Assembly: GCF_006345805.1 (NCBI RefSeq) | Contig: NC_043009.1 | Coordinates: 63,798,001 to 63,862,000 of the forward strand | Reading direction: 5' to 3' | DNA: 64,000 nt | DNA from: Octopus sinensis | Taxonomy: Eukaryota | Part shown: positions 12,451-25,558 of the stretch, piece after piece | How the letters are laid out: each line of letters begins with the position of its first letter | How positions within the stretch are numbered: position 1 is the first letter of the stretch | The notes under the pieces: generated by a model | What the model was told of the DNA's origin: nothing | Databases searched by the model: none | Seen by the model: only the letters and a program-made list of their open reading frames with translations | Translations under genes and position numbers: made by a program

Positions 12451-14041
12451 AACTCAGTGGGTGGGTGGCTGGATGTTCAGTGCAAGATTGGGGGGAATGA
12501 AATGGATTGTGAGATGGAGAAGAGACAAATACATCAGGGTGAACATGTGTGAATCACAGTATAAATGTGTGTGAGTGAGAGAGAGAATCTGTGTGTGTGT
12601 GTGTGTGTGTGTATGTGTGTGTGCGTGCGTGTGTGTGTATGTGTGTTTGCCTCCCCCACACCACCACCACTTGGTAAATGGTGTTGGTGTGTTTATGTCC
12701 CCCGTAACTTAGCAGTTCAACCAAAAGAACCAATAAAATAAGAACCAGACTTCAAAAAAAATCAAGAACTGGAGTCGATTCATTCAACTAAAAATTCTTC
12801 AAGGTGCTGCCCCAGCATGGCCACAGTCAAATGACTGAAGCAAGTAAAAGCAAGATAAAGCAATATAAAAATGCTAGTAATGGAGGATAATGCACATAAG
12901 TGTGGGGGGGGGGGGGTAATAAACAGTGATCTAAGTAAAATGGGAATAAAGGGCCCCTACTATCAAAATAAAATAAATCTGAGAAAATTTTTTTGCCTTT
13001 TTTTATTAATAAGAAGACAAAATTTAGAGTTTTTTTCCATAAAATTCTTCTTTCTTCTCTTTTGTGCTGGACATGTTTAAAAAGTTTAAAACCATCTTAA
13101 TAGTTTTTAAAAATGGCAAATTGTCTGCCCTCTGCCCTCTTATTCAATCCTTACAGCCCTTTCCAAGTGAAAAACTGTTCAAGGTTGAAGCTTACATTGA
13201 AAACCAAATAATAGACTGGTAATAAGCGTAACTGTTGGCCCTAAGGTCTCTGCCATTTGGGGAGGTAAAAAAATATGTGAGGAAAGAGGTTATACAAGGG
13301 CAATAACTTTTGGTGATTTTCCTTTTAACAGAATTGATTGAGAGGAAGAAATAAATATTTTCTTATTGACACTGAAATTTCTTAGACTAATTAGGAAGGC
13401 CTTACTTTAATGATGTCACCTAAAGATTAAGCCATGGCAGTTTTTTTTTTTTATTGCGATGGCGAAGTCTCTACATTTTTTGTCGTTATAATAATAATAA
13501 TAATAATAATGAAATTATTGTATACAGTGCTCAGGTGCACCACAACTTGTCAGAAAGTGCGCATAAAGTATAAAGTGCGTTAAAGTAATATTTCTTTATT
13601 GGAATATTACTTTAACGCACTTTATACTTTAAAGTGCGTTAAAGTAAGACTTCATAAATATCATGGAAGGCAGGAATGCTTCAAGAAAGAGAGAATGGTT
13701 TCAGTCTGAGCAAGTCACCCAAAACAATAGCAGGGGGGCTATGATAAAGGTTAAGAGTCCGGTTGCTTGTGGAGTAGAATGAAAAGAAACACCCTGGCCT
13801 CACCTCCCCTCTGGCTGATAAAGGTTGACATTTTGGTGTTGAGGACAGGACACGGGATAAGAATCTTGGATCCACTTGGTAACATAGACATGTGACATTT
13901 TGTACCCCAGGCACGATCAGATAACATATGTGCCACACAGGTGTATAGTTACATTTACATATATATGCAAACACACACATCATAAATTCACATACATACT
14001 ACAAATGCAAATACTAATGCTACAACACACACACACACATA

Positions 14042-14241
14042 TGAAGAGGTGCTGAAAAGTTCCTAGCTTTGGGTAAAAGAAAATACAGGAGAATCAGTTA
14101 ATTGTGATTTTATCCAACATATCCTCCTTTCAGATTCACACACTTATTGGTCCTTCAGTTTTTCTAACCCCTGTAAAAGAACTCTGAAGGTTGGACCTTT
14201 CATGATACCCTTAAAGCCAGGAACTTTTCAGAACTCCCTCA
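14042..14241. mobile_element. Tc1/mariner-like MITE
   Basis: ~30-bp TIRs TGAAGAGGTGCTGAAAAGTTCCTAGCTTT / AAAGCCAGGAACTTTTCAGAACTCCCTCA flanked by TA on both sides. Confidence 0.8.
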
Positions 14242-14607
14242 TACACCCCCTGCAACCAATAGTACTTATAACATCAAAAAGGCTGTTAAGGATGAGGAGG
14301 CCTTCATCTATTTACTTTCATTCGTTTAGTTTCTTCACTGATTGGTGTATAGAAAAGTACTAACAGAGACTGCAAGCTAATTGCTATTGGTAGTAAGTTA
14401 AAGAGTTGAAGAAAGTCGTTAAATATACAGCTAATTAACAAACTACCGAATAATTCAGGTATTGTAACCTGTGATTAATAGTTTAATTAACAAAAGTAAT
14501 TAATACAAATCTCTCAACAATCAGCAGAATTCTGTCTGTTCTCTGGGAATGTTTACCATTCTATTGTATGCATTGCAACAGAGTCCCAGACCAGACTCAG
14601 ACAATGA

Positions 14608-14654
<47 letters not shown>

Positions 14655-15289
14655 ACCATTTAGCTTTAGTCGACCCTGTTGTAGAAGACTTATGATCAAA
14701 AGACATTCCTGACAATGTCATCCTGCCTTTCTTGTACATCAGAGATCACATTATGAAAAGGATGTCCTTCATTTTTTTTTTTAAATAGGGTGTGATTTGA
14801 GGGAGATTTGGCTGCTATTTTTAGCAAGTGAAGCAATCACATAGCAACACCCTTGTTGGCATGTTGCTGTTGTTGCTGGCGGTGGCAGCGGTGGTGGTGG
14901 TGGTGGTGGTAGTGCTTTTGCTGCTGCTCTTGTTTATACTGAAGTCTGCCCTGATCATATGTGATAGCCTGTGAAATAAGGTTTTTCCCTTTTCTGTTTC
15001 TTTTCCACTAGAACTTATCTGAGCCTTCCCCAACCAGATGAGGAAATGTCTCTGTTCTTTCCATAACAATACCTGTCTGTTACGGTATTTTGACTTTGGC
15101 ACTGCCACATTATAAAAGCATCAACACTTACAACATCTGTCTTCAACTCTTTCCTTTACCATCAACCAATGGTAAATTAGATTGCAATCTCTGCTCTATG
15201 TCAGAGAAGAGACTGAATGAGTGAAAAAAACCAATGAAGACCTCATTTCTATATTTAAGAGAAGAGGAATTACTTACTTACTTACTTTT

Positions 15290-15521
15290 ATTTTACTTTT
15301 ACTTGTTTCAGCCATTTGACTGCGGCCATGCTGGAGCACCACCTTTAGTCGAGCAAATCGACCCCGGGACTTATTCTTTGTAAGCCCAGTACTTATTCTA
15401 TCGGTCTCTTTTTGCCGAACCGCTAAGTGACGGGGACGTAAACACACCAGCATCAGTTGTCAAGCAATGCTAGGGGGACAAACACAGACACACAAACACA
15501 TACACATACATATATATATAT

Positions 15522-15555
<34 letters not shown>

Positions 15556-15735
15556 ATATATATACACATATATGTATGTATATACGACAGGCTTCTTTCA
15601 GTTTCCATCTACCAAATCCACTCACAAGGCATTGTCGGCCCGGGGCTATAGCAGAAGACACTTGGCCAAGATGCCACGCAGTGGGACTGAACCCGGAACC
15701 ATGTGGTTGGTTAGCAAGCTACTTACCACACAGTC
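15290..15735 (-). mobile_element. Full-length family A SINE
   Basis: Reverse complement of the 5183-5595 copy, including the (AAGT)n tail. Confidence 0.9.
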
Positions 15736-15794
15736 ATTATTTACATTATTTACATTCGACTGATATTAAAGATGTCCTCATCTTGCTTGTTGTT

Positions 15795-15840
15795 AACACA
15801 ACGTTTCAGCTGATGTACCCTCCAGCCATCATCAGGTGTC
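15795..15840 (-). ncRNA. Minimal type I hammerhead ribozyme of the Penelope-like-element kind
   Basis: Minus strand reads GACAC-CUGAUGA-U-GGCUG(GAGGGUACAU)CAGCU-GAAACGUU-GUGUU. Stem I is GACAC/GUGUU, stem II is GGCUG/CAGCU, stem III is the palindromic ACGU, and the cleavage triplet is GUU. A pyrimidine-rich upstream tract (15841-16000) is typical of PLE termini. Confidence 0.75.
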
Positions 15841-16169
15841 TTGGGGATATTTCGAACAGTGGCAAGTTGAATGTATAAGGAGGGGGAGGAGGAGGGATTA
15901 GAAGAGTTAAAAAGTGTTAGGTGCGGGGGGGGGGTAGGAGTGGAATCAGGAGTGTGAGGCAAGTTGAAAGAGGGAGGAGTTAGGAGAGAGAGAGAGAAGG
16001 AGAAAAGAGGTCTGTAATCGTTCGGAATAATTGTCCGTCATTTAAACTAGTTTCTAATGAGGTTTGCTTTGTCATTCATTTAGATTTTCTCCAGGAAAGA
16101 GAAGACAACACGAAGCAAGCACCCGGGTCACTTCAGTCAGTGACTGGCTTACAAGAGACATAACAGCAG

Positions 16170-16203
16170 TGGTGGGGGTGGGGGTGGTTGGGGTGGTAGT
16201 AGC

Positions 16204-16259
<56 letters not shown>

Positions 16260-16482
16260 CAGTAGTAGCAGTAGTAATAGTAGTATGGGGTGGTTGTGTG
16301 GTGGTGATAGTAGTAGTAATTGTAGTAGTAGCAGCAGCAGTAGCAGTAGCAGTAGTAGTTATAGCAGTAGCAGCAGTAGTAGTAGTAGTAGTATGGTGGT
16401 GGTGGTGGTGGTGATAGTAGTAGTAATAGTAGTAGTAGTAGTAGTAGCAGCAGCAGCAGCAGAAGCAGCAGCAGCAGTAGTT

Positions 16483-16526
<44 letters not shown>

Positions 16527-16560
16527 TGTTGTTGTTGTAGTGAGAGTAGTAAGAGTGGTT
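16170..16560. repeat. Compound (TAG/CAG/TGG) trinucleotide tract
   Basis: Direct inspection. Confidence 0.95.
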
Positions 16561-16597
16561 TGTGGTTTTCTATCAATGGGAAAATATGTGGGCACCA

Positions 16598-16675
16598 CAG
16601 AGACTCCTATTGTAGAGACTCCTGTTACAGGGACTCCTGCTGTAGAGACTCCTGCTGTAAAGAGTCCTGTTGAGT
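16598..16675. repeat. 15-bp minisatellite, ~5 copies (GAGACTCCTGCTGTA)
   Basis: Direct inspection. Confidence 0.85.
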
Positions 16676-17019
16676 CACATCTCAAACACGTGTTCCCATG
16701 CAATTCTCACTCGAACCATTTTGCTTGCTTCTCACAAACTCTTGTTTCCATCTGCCGTTAATAAACATCATGTTGAGGTGGTGTTCACTCTAGCATGCTC
16801 ACTTTTGTCCCCACCCTGGGGCACAGCATCATATAATGACCTTCATTGATAACACAATGACCTCGTTGAAGTAACTGGATATTTTCATTTTCAAAGAAGC
16901 CTGTGCTTTATGGATCATCTTTGTTGCCATGGTGACGCAGATGCTAAAATGTGTGATATTGTTACTATGGTGATGTAATTCTATATGGGATGTTGTTGCG
17001 GTGGTTATGCAATACAATA

Positions 17020-17184
17020 ATCATCATCGTCATCATCATCCTCATTATCATCATCCTCATTATCATCATCATCATCAATATCATCGTCGTCATCGTCATC
17101 ATTGTCATCATCATCATCATCATTGTTACTGCCGTCATCGTCATCATCATTGTTATCTTTATCATCATCATCATCATCATCATC

Positions 17185-17215
<31 letters not shown>

Positions 17216-17480
17216 TCATCATTGTCGTCATTATCAATATCATCATCATCATCATCATTGCCATCATTGTCATCATCATCATCATTATCAGCCATCATCA
17301 TCATCAGCATTGTCATCATCATCATTATTGTCATCATGATCGTCATCGTCATCATCATTGTTATCAGTCATCATCATCATTATCATAGTAATGATAGTAG
17401 TAGTAGTAGTAGTAGTAGTAGTAAGTAGTAGTAGTAGTAGCACCAGCAGTAGCAGCTGTAGCAGCAGCAGCAGCAGGGAG
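17020..17480. repeat. (CAT)n mosaic switching to (TAG/CAG)n
   Basis: Direct inspection. Confidence 0.95.
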
Positions 17481-17557
17481 GTGAAGTAGTACAGAGGATT
17501 GGAGAGGGAGGAGTGAACAACAAGTTTGTGAGTAAAGATTGTTTGCCAACATAACAT

Positions 17558-17797
17558 GGCAGTCCTGGTTTAGGACGAATGTTGCTGTAATTTAGCCCCA
17601 GGAGACATCATCTCCAGCTGGCTGATGAAGGGAAATAACCCAGGAATTGTGATACACTGATATTGTTTTGAGCTGAGTGGGGGTGCTAGATTCCCTTGTT
17701 TGAAAATATAAGGACACAGATCGTGTCGTATAGCCAGCTGGAGACGATGTCTCCTGGGGCTAAATTACAGCAACATTCGTCCTAAACCAGGACTACC
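17558..17797. mobile_element. MITE with ~65-bp terminal inverted repeats
   Basis: GTCCTGGTTTAGGACGAATGTTGCTGTAATTTAGCCCCAGGAGACATC...CCAGCTGGCT and its reverse complement at 17732-17797. Confidence 0.85.
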
Positions 17798-19644
17798 AAG
17801 TACTGTTGCTCAATATCTCTTATTGTGAGATTTAAAAATAGTAATTTTCTAGGTTTGTGAGAGCATGAAAGAAGAGCCGAAGATAGAGGGAAGGGGAATG
17901 CGGTGACTGGTGAACACAAGTGAAGAGGAGGAAATTACATGAGACATTATCGCCATGGTAATGCTATATTATAAAAACATTGTCGCTGTAGTAATACAAT
18001 ATGAGACACCATTGTCGTGACAATACAACACTTTGAGACATTGTTGCTATAATACAATGTGAGACAATGTTACCAAGGTAATACAACACTATATAGCTCA
18101 TTGTTTCCATGGTAATTTGATACTATATGATACTCTGTTACCTATTTTGTACCATAGTATGAGAGACATTATTTGACCTCCATTTGTCCTTAATGACCAT
18201 GGACGAAGGTCCTAGCTGTCCATCCCACTGGAACAGCATTGTACGTAGTTGAACAGTCCAGTGCATGAATGGTCATCCGTGGCACACAAACCACCCTTGT
18301 GTGTATCCGAGGGCTGTTTGAATCATATTGCCCTTTTCTGTTGATCCACCTTTCTTCCACAGCATTCATTTGTCTCTCCCAGAAAAGGGTTTTCAATAGG
18401 ATCCAGGCCTGGGCAGGATGGTGTAACAGACAGGCCATTGCCCATGTAGCACGTTGTTCATGTAGCACATTCTCCATGTAGCATTGCCCCCATGTGGCAC
18501 ATTTCTCATATAGCATTCTTACTATCATCATCATCGTCATCATCATGATCAGTACCTTCATCATCATCATTATCATCATCATTATCATCAACAGCAGCAA
18601 CACCTTCACGATCATCATCATCGTCATTATCGTCATCCTTATCATCATCAGCAGCATCACTACCACCACCACCACCACCACCACCACCACCACCAGCACC
18701 ACCATCATCATTCTCATCACCACCACCATTGTCATCACCACCTTCATCATCATTGTTTTTAATATACATCTACATATTACATCATATCACTGGAGTCCAG
18801 CCTACAGAGACTAGATATATCTCCTCCCCCGCCACCACCACCACCACCACCACCACCACCACCACCACCACCACCACATAACCAATTGTTACTATGCAAC
18901 TGTAATATGGCAACACAACAAATTAAGAAACGCATTTCTATTGATATTCATTAAAAATGTAGGATCATTCGATTTCCATTGTGTATAGATGTCTGTGTTA
19001 TATACACCATTCATCATTCATCATATATTTACTGTATATTTATGTATGCACTTCAATTTATCTACAATCACACACACACACACACACACACACTATATAG
19101 TTATCATGAATCAATGTGTATGTGTGTGTGTTTGTGTGTGTATGTGTGTTTGTGTGTGTGTGTGTGTGTGTATGTGTGTTTGTGTGTGTGTGTGGTGTGT
19201 GTGTGTGTGTGTGTGTGTATTGTGTGTGTGTATACATAAGCTTGCTTCCCGACCACATGTTTCCAGGTTCAGTCCCTCTGCATAGCACCTTGGGTTAAGT
19301 GTCTCCAGCCAAAGCCTTGCGAATAGATTTGGTCAACGGAAACTGAAAGAAGCCTGTCGTGTGTGTGTGTGTATTTGTGTGAGTCTATGTGAGTCTCCTG
19401 ACCATCACTTGACAACCAATGCTGGTGTGTTTATGTCCCCGTAACTTCACAGTTCGGCAAAAGAGATTAATGGAATAAGTACTGGGCTTACAAAGAATAA
19501 GTCTTGGGGTCGATTTCTTTGACTAAAACCCTTTAAGGCAGTGCTCCAGCATGGCCTCAGTCAAATGACTACAACAAGTAAAAGAATAAAAGAATAAAAG
19601 GATATATTCATATACATGTGTATATACATACATACATACATACG

Positions 19645-19715
<71 letters not shown>

Positions 19716-20177
19716 CACACACATATGTCTATCTATCTCTCTTTATATATATATATAGATAGATAGATACATAGATACACAGATAGACAAATACATAGAT
19801 AGATATATATATGTATATACATATACATACATATATATATACATGTAAATATAAATATATGTTGTTATAGTTATAATTATTGTTGTTGTTGTTTTGTTGT
19901 TATTATTATCATTATTATTATTATCATTGTTGTTGTTGTTGTTGTTGTTGTTGTGTTGTTGTTGTTGTCGTCATTATTTAAAACACTTTGATTTAGCTCG
20001 ATGCGACTTAAAATTTCAGAAGCCTAGCTCATTCAGTCTCATAAACATATAATTACCTGTGACCATCCCACAACTAATCGCATTCCTTCTACTCTTTGCC
20101 CCAGCACAATAAACGCTGTCCTTGTACTTTCCAACTGACCAACAAGGACTTCACTAACGCCACTCCCATAATATACG

Positions 20178-21142
20178 TATTTCTTTACTACCCACAAGGG
20201 GCTAAACACAGAGAGGACAAACAAGGATAGACAAACGGATTAAGTCGATTACATCGACCCCAGTGCGTAACTGGTACTTATTTAATCGACCCCGAAAGGA
20301 TGAAAGGCAAAGTCGACCTCGGTGGAATTTGAACTCAGAACATAACGGCAGACAAAATACCTATTTCTTTACTACCCACAAGGGGCTAAACACAGAGAGA
20401 ATAAACAAGGACAGACAAATGGATTAAGTCGATTATATTGACCTCAGTGCGCAACTGGTACTTATTTAATCGACCCCGAAAGGATGAAAGGCAAAGACGA
20501 CCTTGGCAGAATTTGAACTCAGAACGTAACGGCAGACGAAATACCTATTTCTATTTCTTTACTACCCACAAGGGGCTAAACACAGAGAGGACAAACAAGG
20601 ACAGACAAACGGATTAAGTCGATTATATCGACCCCAGTGCGTAACTGGTACTTAATTTATCGACCCCGAAAGGATGAAAGGCAAAGACGACCTTGGCAGA
20701 ATTTGAACTCAGAACATAGCGGCAGACGAAATATATTTCTTTACTACCCACAGGGGGCTAAACACAGAGAGGACAAACAAGGACAGACAAACGGATTAAG
20801 TCGATTACATCGACCCCAGTGCGTAACTGGTACTTAATTTATCGACCCCGAAAGGATGAAAGGCAAAGTCGACCTTGGCGGAATTTGAACTCAGAACATA
20901 GTGGCAGACGAAATACCTATTTCTTTACTACCCACAAGGGGCTAAACACAGAGAGGACAAACAAGGACAGACAAACGGATTAAGTCGATTACATCGACCC
21001 CAGTGCGTAACTGGTACTTAATTTATCGACCCTGAAAGGATGAAAGGCAAAGTCGACCTCGGCGGAATTTGGACTCAGAACGCAGACGAAATACCGCTAA
21101 GCATTTCATCCAGCGTGCTAACATTTCTGCCAGCTCGCTGCC
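20178..21142 (-). mobile_element. Family B SINE with five tandem ~180-190-bp body units
   Basis: Units begin TATTTCTTTACTACCCACAAGGGG at ~20178, 20362, 20553, 20734 and 20917; there is a single tRNA-like head at the right end. Confidence 0.9.
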
Positions 21143-21842
21143 TCCCGTAATATACCAGTGGCCAGCAAACAAACACAACACCACTCTCAAAAAACACTTT
21201 GTGCCACAAACAACACCCTTAACGCCACCTTGTACCGGTTGACTGAGTGACCCAGAATTCCACAATCAAATTGATTACTCCCATCAACTTCCTCATCCTC
21301 TCTCAAACAAACCAGGTTTCATTTGCCATATTATTGATGCAATGACCACTAATTTCTCTGCGCCCCCATCTCCACACAGCGTAATCCAATGCAGAAAGCA
21401 CAATGTCAGCCAACTTATTAAAGCAATTCTATACAATATTTTCGTATTCATCTCTGTAGCTTTTTTCCACCCAGCTTCCCATGGCCACAGCAATAAACAA
21501 ATCAATATCAAGTGGTTAGGATTTTGTTTTTTTTTACATAAATATATACAATAGTCACTGTGAATGAGATTGTTGTTAACAAGAGAATTTTGGCAATCTA
21601 TATTTCTGCCTTGTATGTATTATAGATGAAACAATTGGCCAGTTCCACATCTCTCCATGATTTTCCCGTCAGTTTTACGTCAGTTTTATTTTACCCTGTG
21701 TTTATTCTTTGTTAATGAATATTGCAAACGTTAGGGTTGTCTTTGTATGGTGGCTGGTAGGATATTTCTAGTTGATTCGTGTGAGAACAGCACAGGCAGT
21801 ACAGATCAATGAACAGAGATGAGTAATATTAAAACTCAATGA

Positions 21843-22270
21843 GTGACGAGCTGGCAGAATCATTAACACACGAGGCAAAACAAAGGCATTTCATCCATCC
21901 CTTATATCCTGAGTTCAAATTACACCTATTTCTTTATTACCCACAAGGGGCTAAACACAGAGGGGACAAACAAGGACAGACAAAGGTATTAAGTCGATTA
22001 CATCGACCCCAGTGCGTAACTGGTACTTAATTTATCGACCCCGAAAGTGTGAAAGGCAAAGTCGACCTCGGCGGAATTTGAACTCAGAATGTAACGGCAG
22101 ATGAAATACCGCTAAGCATTTCGCCCAGCGTGCTAACGTTTCTGCCAGCTCGCTGCCTTCAAATTACACCAACGTCACCTATACCTTTCATCCTTTCAGG
22201 GGTTGATAAAATAAGTACCAGTTGAATACTGGAGTTGATGTTATTAACTTACCCACTCCCCTCAAATTGT
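21843..22270. mobile_element. Family B SINE (-) inserted into a family B SINE (+)
   Basis: 13-bp TSD TTCAAATTACACC at 21914-21926 and 22158-22170 flanks the insert at 21927-22157. Confidence 0.85.
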
Positions 22271-23458
22271 TGGCCTTATTCTTTGTTTTTTACATGTTTC
22301 AGTCATTTGACTGCGGCCATGCTGGAGCACCGCCTTTAAAAGTTGAACAAATGAACCCCAGGACTTATTCTTTGTAAGCCTAGTACTTATTCTATTGGTC
22401 TCTTTTGCTGAACCGCTAAGTTATGGGGACGTAAGCACACCAACATCAGTTATCAAGCAAACACAAACACACAAATATATACATACATATATATATATAT
22501 ATATGATGGGCTTCTATCAGTGTGTGTGTGTGTGTGTAGATTGATAGATAGATAGATACATACATACATACATACATACATACATACATACATCTGTGCA
22601 TATGGGGAGAGCAAGAGAAGGAGAGTGAGAGAGACAGAGAAAGAAAGAGAAAGCAAGAAGGGGAGAGAGAGAGAGAGAGAGGGAGAAAATAGACTGAGAA
22701 TGGGTATGTGATGATGCCTGCATTTAGCAATCTTTTATTAATTACAACAAATCATTTCGTCTCCAGTTAACCATAAAAGTTTTAATTTCAAGGCTGGACC
22801 TGAACCTGCTACCCTCAGGTTCGTAGATTAGCCAACTATCTATCTTCTTCAATTGGCTGAACTAGATTGTTCTGTAGGACAAGCTGTATAGTTGTATAAA
22901 GAGTTTTGTCAAAATGAGCTGAAAGTAAATTAGCTAATTAGTTCTATAATTAATTAGTAGTCATTGAAAGTCTACGCAGTCTGGCTACAAGCTGTTCCTC
23001 CACTTTGACTGTATTCTTCTCTAGGCTTTAATTGACACTCTCTGTTACATACACCCCCAACAATGACACATGCATTCATCCAAGCATAAATACACGCACA
23101 GATACATATCATTCATAGTCATATATAATGCATATATTTCTACGCATACATACATACATACATATATACATACGTATAGAGATATGTACGTACATACACG
23201 TATGAATGTTTATGAATATTTATGAATATATATGTTATACATATTTACATATTCTTTTATTCACTCATTTGTTTCAGTCATTTGATTGCGACCATGCTGG
23301 AGCACCACCTTTAGTTGAATCAAATCGACCTCAGGACTTATTCTTTGTAAACCTGGTACTTATTTGGTCGGTCTCTTTTGCTGAGCCACTAAGTTATGGG
23401 GACATAAACACTCCAGCATCGGTTGTCAAGTGATATTGGGCGACAAACATAGACACAC

Positions 23459-23504
<46 letters not shown>

Positions 23505-24348
23505 CGATGGGTCTTCTTTCAGTTTCTGTCTACCAAATCCACTCTCAAGGTGTCACACAGTAGGACTGAACCTAGAATCATGTGGTTGAAAAGGAAACTT
23601 CTTACCACACAGCTATACCTGCACCTACATATACATACAATATATAGATTGATAGGTATATAGATAGATAATTGTGTGTGTGTGTATGTGTGTGTGTGTG
23701 GTAGTCATATGTAATTATATTTATTGCAAACCTAATTATTGTTTAATTGATAAGCAAAGGGATATCACAGATTTTTTTTAAAATGTGTTTGGAGTGAGTT
23801 GGGTGGATTGGGTTCTGACCTAATGGTTTTCTTGGCATGTAAAAAGCACCATCTGAACGTGGCCGATGCCTGCGCCACCTTGACTGGCTTCTGTGCCGGT
23901 GGCACGCAAAAAGCACCATCTGAACGTGGCCGATGCCAGCACTGCCTTGACTGGTTTCCGTGCCGGTGGCACGTAAAATGCACCAACTGATCATGGCCGC
24001 TGCCAGACTCCCCTGGCACCTGTGCCGGTGGCACGTAAAAAGCACCCACTACACTCACGGAGTGGTTGGCTTTAGGAAGGGCATCCAGCTGTAGAAACAC
24101 TGCCAGATCAGACTGGAGCCTGGTGCAGCCTCCTGGCTTCCCAGACCCTGGTCAAACCGTCCAACCCATGCTAGCAAGGAAAACGGACGTTAAACGATGA
24201 TGATGATGATGATGATGATGATGAGAAGTGTTAGTGATATAAATGAGATGGAGCATCAACTGAGATGTGAAATTGAACCTACATGACCTTTCATCTAATC
24301 TAAAATGTAATATATACATTTATGCATAAATGTGTGTGTGTGTGTATG

Positions 24349-24381
<33 letters not shown>

Positions 24382-24410
24382 ATAAATATATGTATGTATA
24401 TATGTATATT

Positions 24411-24997
24411 AATTCCTTTTCCTTCCCTCCAAGCCCCTCACACCTCCTCTTCACCTTGGACATGAAATCCCTATACATGGTGATTCCCCACAACGATGGT
24501 CTCTTAGCCCTCCAATACTTCCTCGACCGTCGCCTTGACCCCAGACCCAGCACCCCCACCCTTCTCCACCTGGCAGAGCTCATCCTCACCCTCAACTGCT
24601 TTACGTTCGCCAGGGAAACCTACCAACAGTTTCTGGGGTCACTATGGGAACGAGAATGGGCCCTAATTTCGCTAACTTCTTTGCTAGCTACATTGAGGCC
24701 CAAGCATTCTCCCAATTCTCCAGGCCGACCCCAGAGCTATACGGTGGCTACATAGATGACTATATAGGTGCCACCTCCCTTTCCCATGAACAACTCTGTT
24801 ACTTCATCTCTTTCCTCTCTAACTTCCACCCTTCTCTCCAATTCACTTCTACTATCTCACACCCGTCTGTTAACTTCCTCGACATCTCTCTTACCATTGA
24901 CCACCCCTCCCACTCTCTTACCACCTTCGCCTTCTTCAAACCCACAGATTCCCACCTCTACCTCAACTTCTTCTCCTCCCATCCCTTCCACACCAAA
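24411..24997 (+). pseudogene. Penelope-like element reverse transcriptase fragment, 1-bp frameshift near 24630
   Basis: LFTLDMKSLY..IP, LAELILTLNCFTF..TYQQ, then MGTRMGPNFA, YIDD, FHPSLQFT, VNFLDI and FKPTDSHLYLNFFSSHPFHTK are characteristic PLE RT motifs, split across ORFs 24330-24755 and 24644-25069. Confidence 0.92.
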
Positions 24998-25328
24998 AAA
25001 ATAAATAGAAAAATAATGAAAATAATAAACACTCGTTTATTTGTCCATGAAGTGGGTATATTCAGCTGATGTTACTGATCGGGTCATACTGGGAGTTATA
25101 TAACTGAGCTGTTACCTAATATCTGGTTATCTAATATTGAGTGCAAAACTAATTGAAAAGATCGGCTGAAACGGATCTATAAATTTGTATACTTTGATTG
25201 ATGTGTGTGTGTGTGTGTGCACGTGTGTGTGTGTTGTGTGCATGCAATTATAACATGTAGCACTACATTATACGATGTATTCTTCCTTATTTGAAATTTG
25301 GTTATTATTCTTATCATGGCAAGCAATT

Positions 25329-25558
25329 TTAACCCTTTCATTACCATATTTCTGTTGAGATGCTCTGTGTTTCTTTCAATTAATTTTAAATATAACAAAG
25401 AATTTTGTTAAATAATTTAGTTATCATTAAGCTAGTGTTAGGGCCGTAAACTGTGACTAAGGTTTGGTGGAAGATTTTAATTCGGAACTTATGAAAACAA
25501 GACATTCGTACTACAGAGCTAGAGGTGGTTTTGGCCGGATCAGTAAATAAAGGGTTAA
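25329..25558. mobile_element. piggyBac-like MITE
   Basis: TTAA-CCCTTT...AAAGGG-TTAA termini; second intact copy at 59030-59259. Confidence 0.8.

Noticed and set aside
15012-15075. Very strong plus-strand polypyrimidine acceptor
   Set aside because: All three downstream frames stop within about 55 nt.
20178-21142. CRISPR-like array
   Set aside because: The units are full tandem repeats without unique spacers, in a eukaryotic SINE context.
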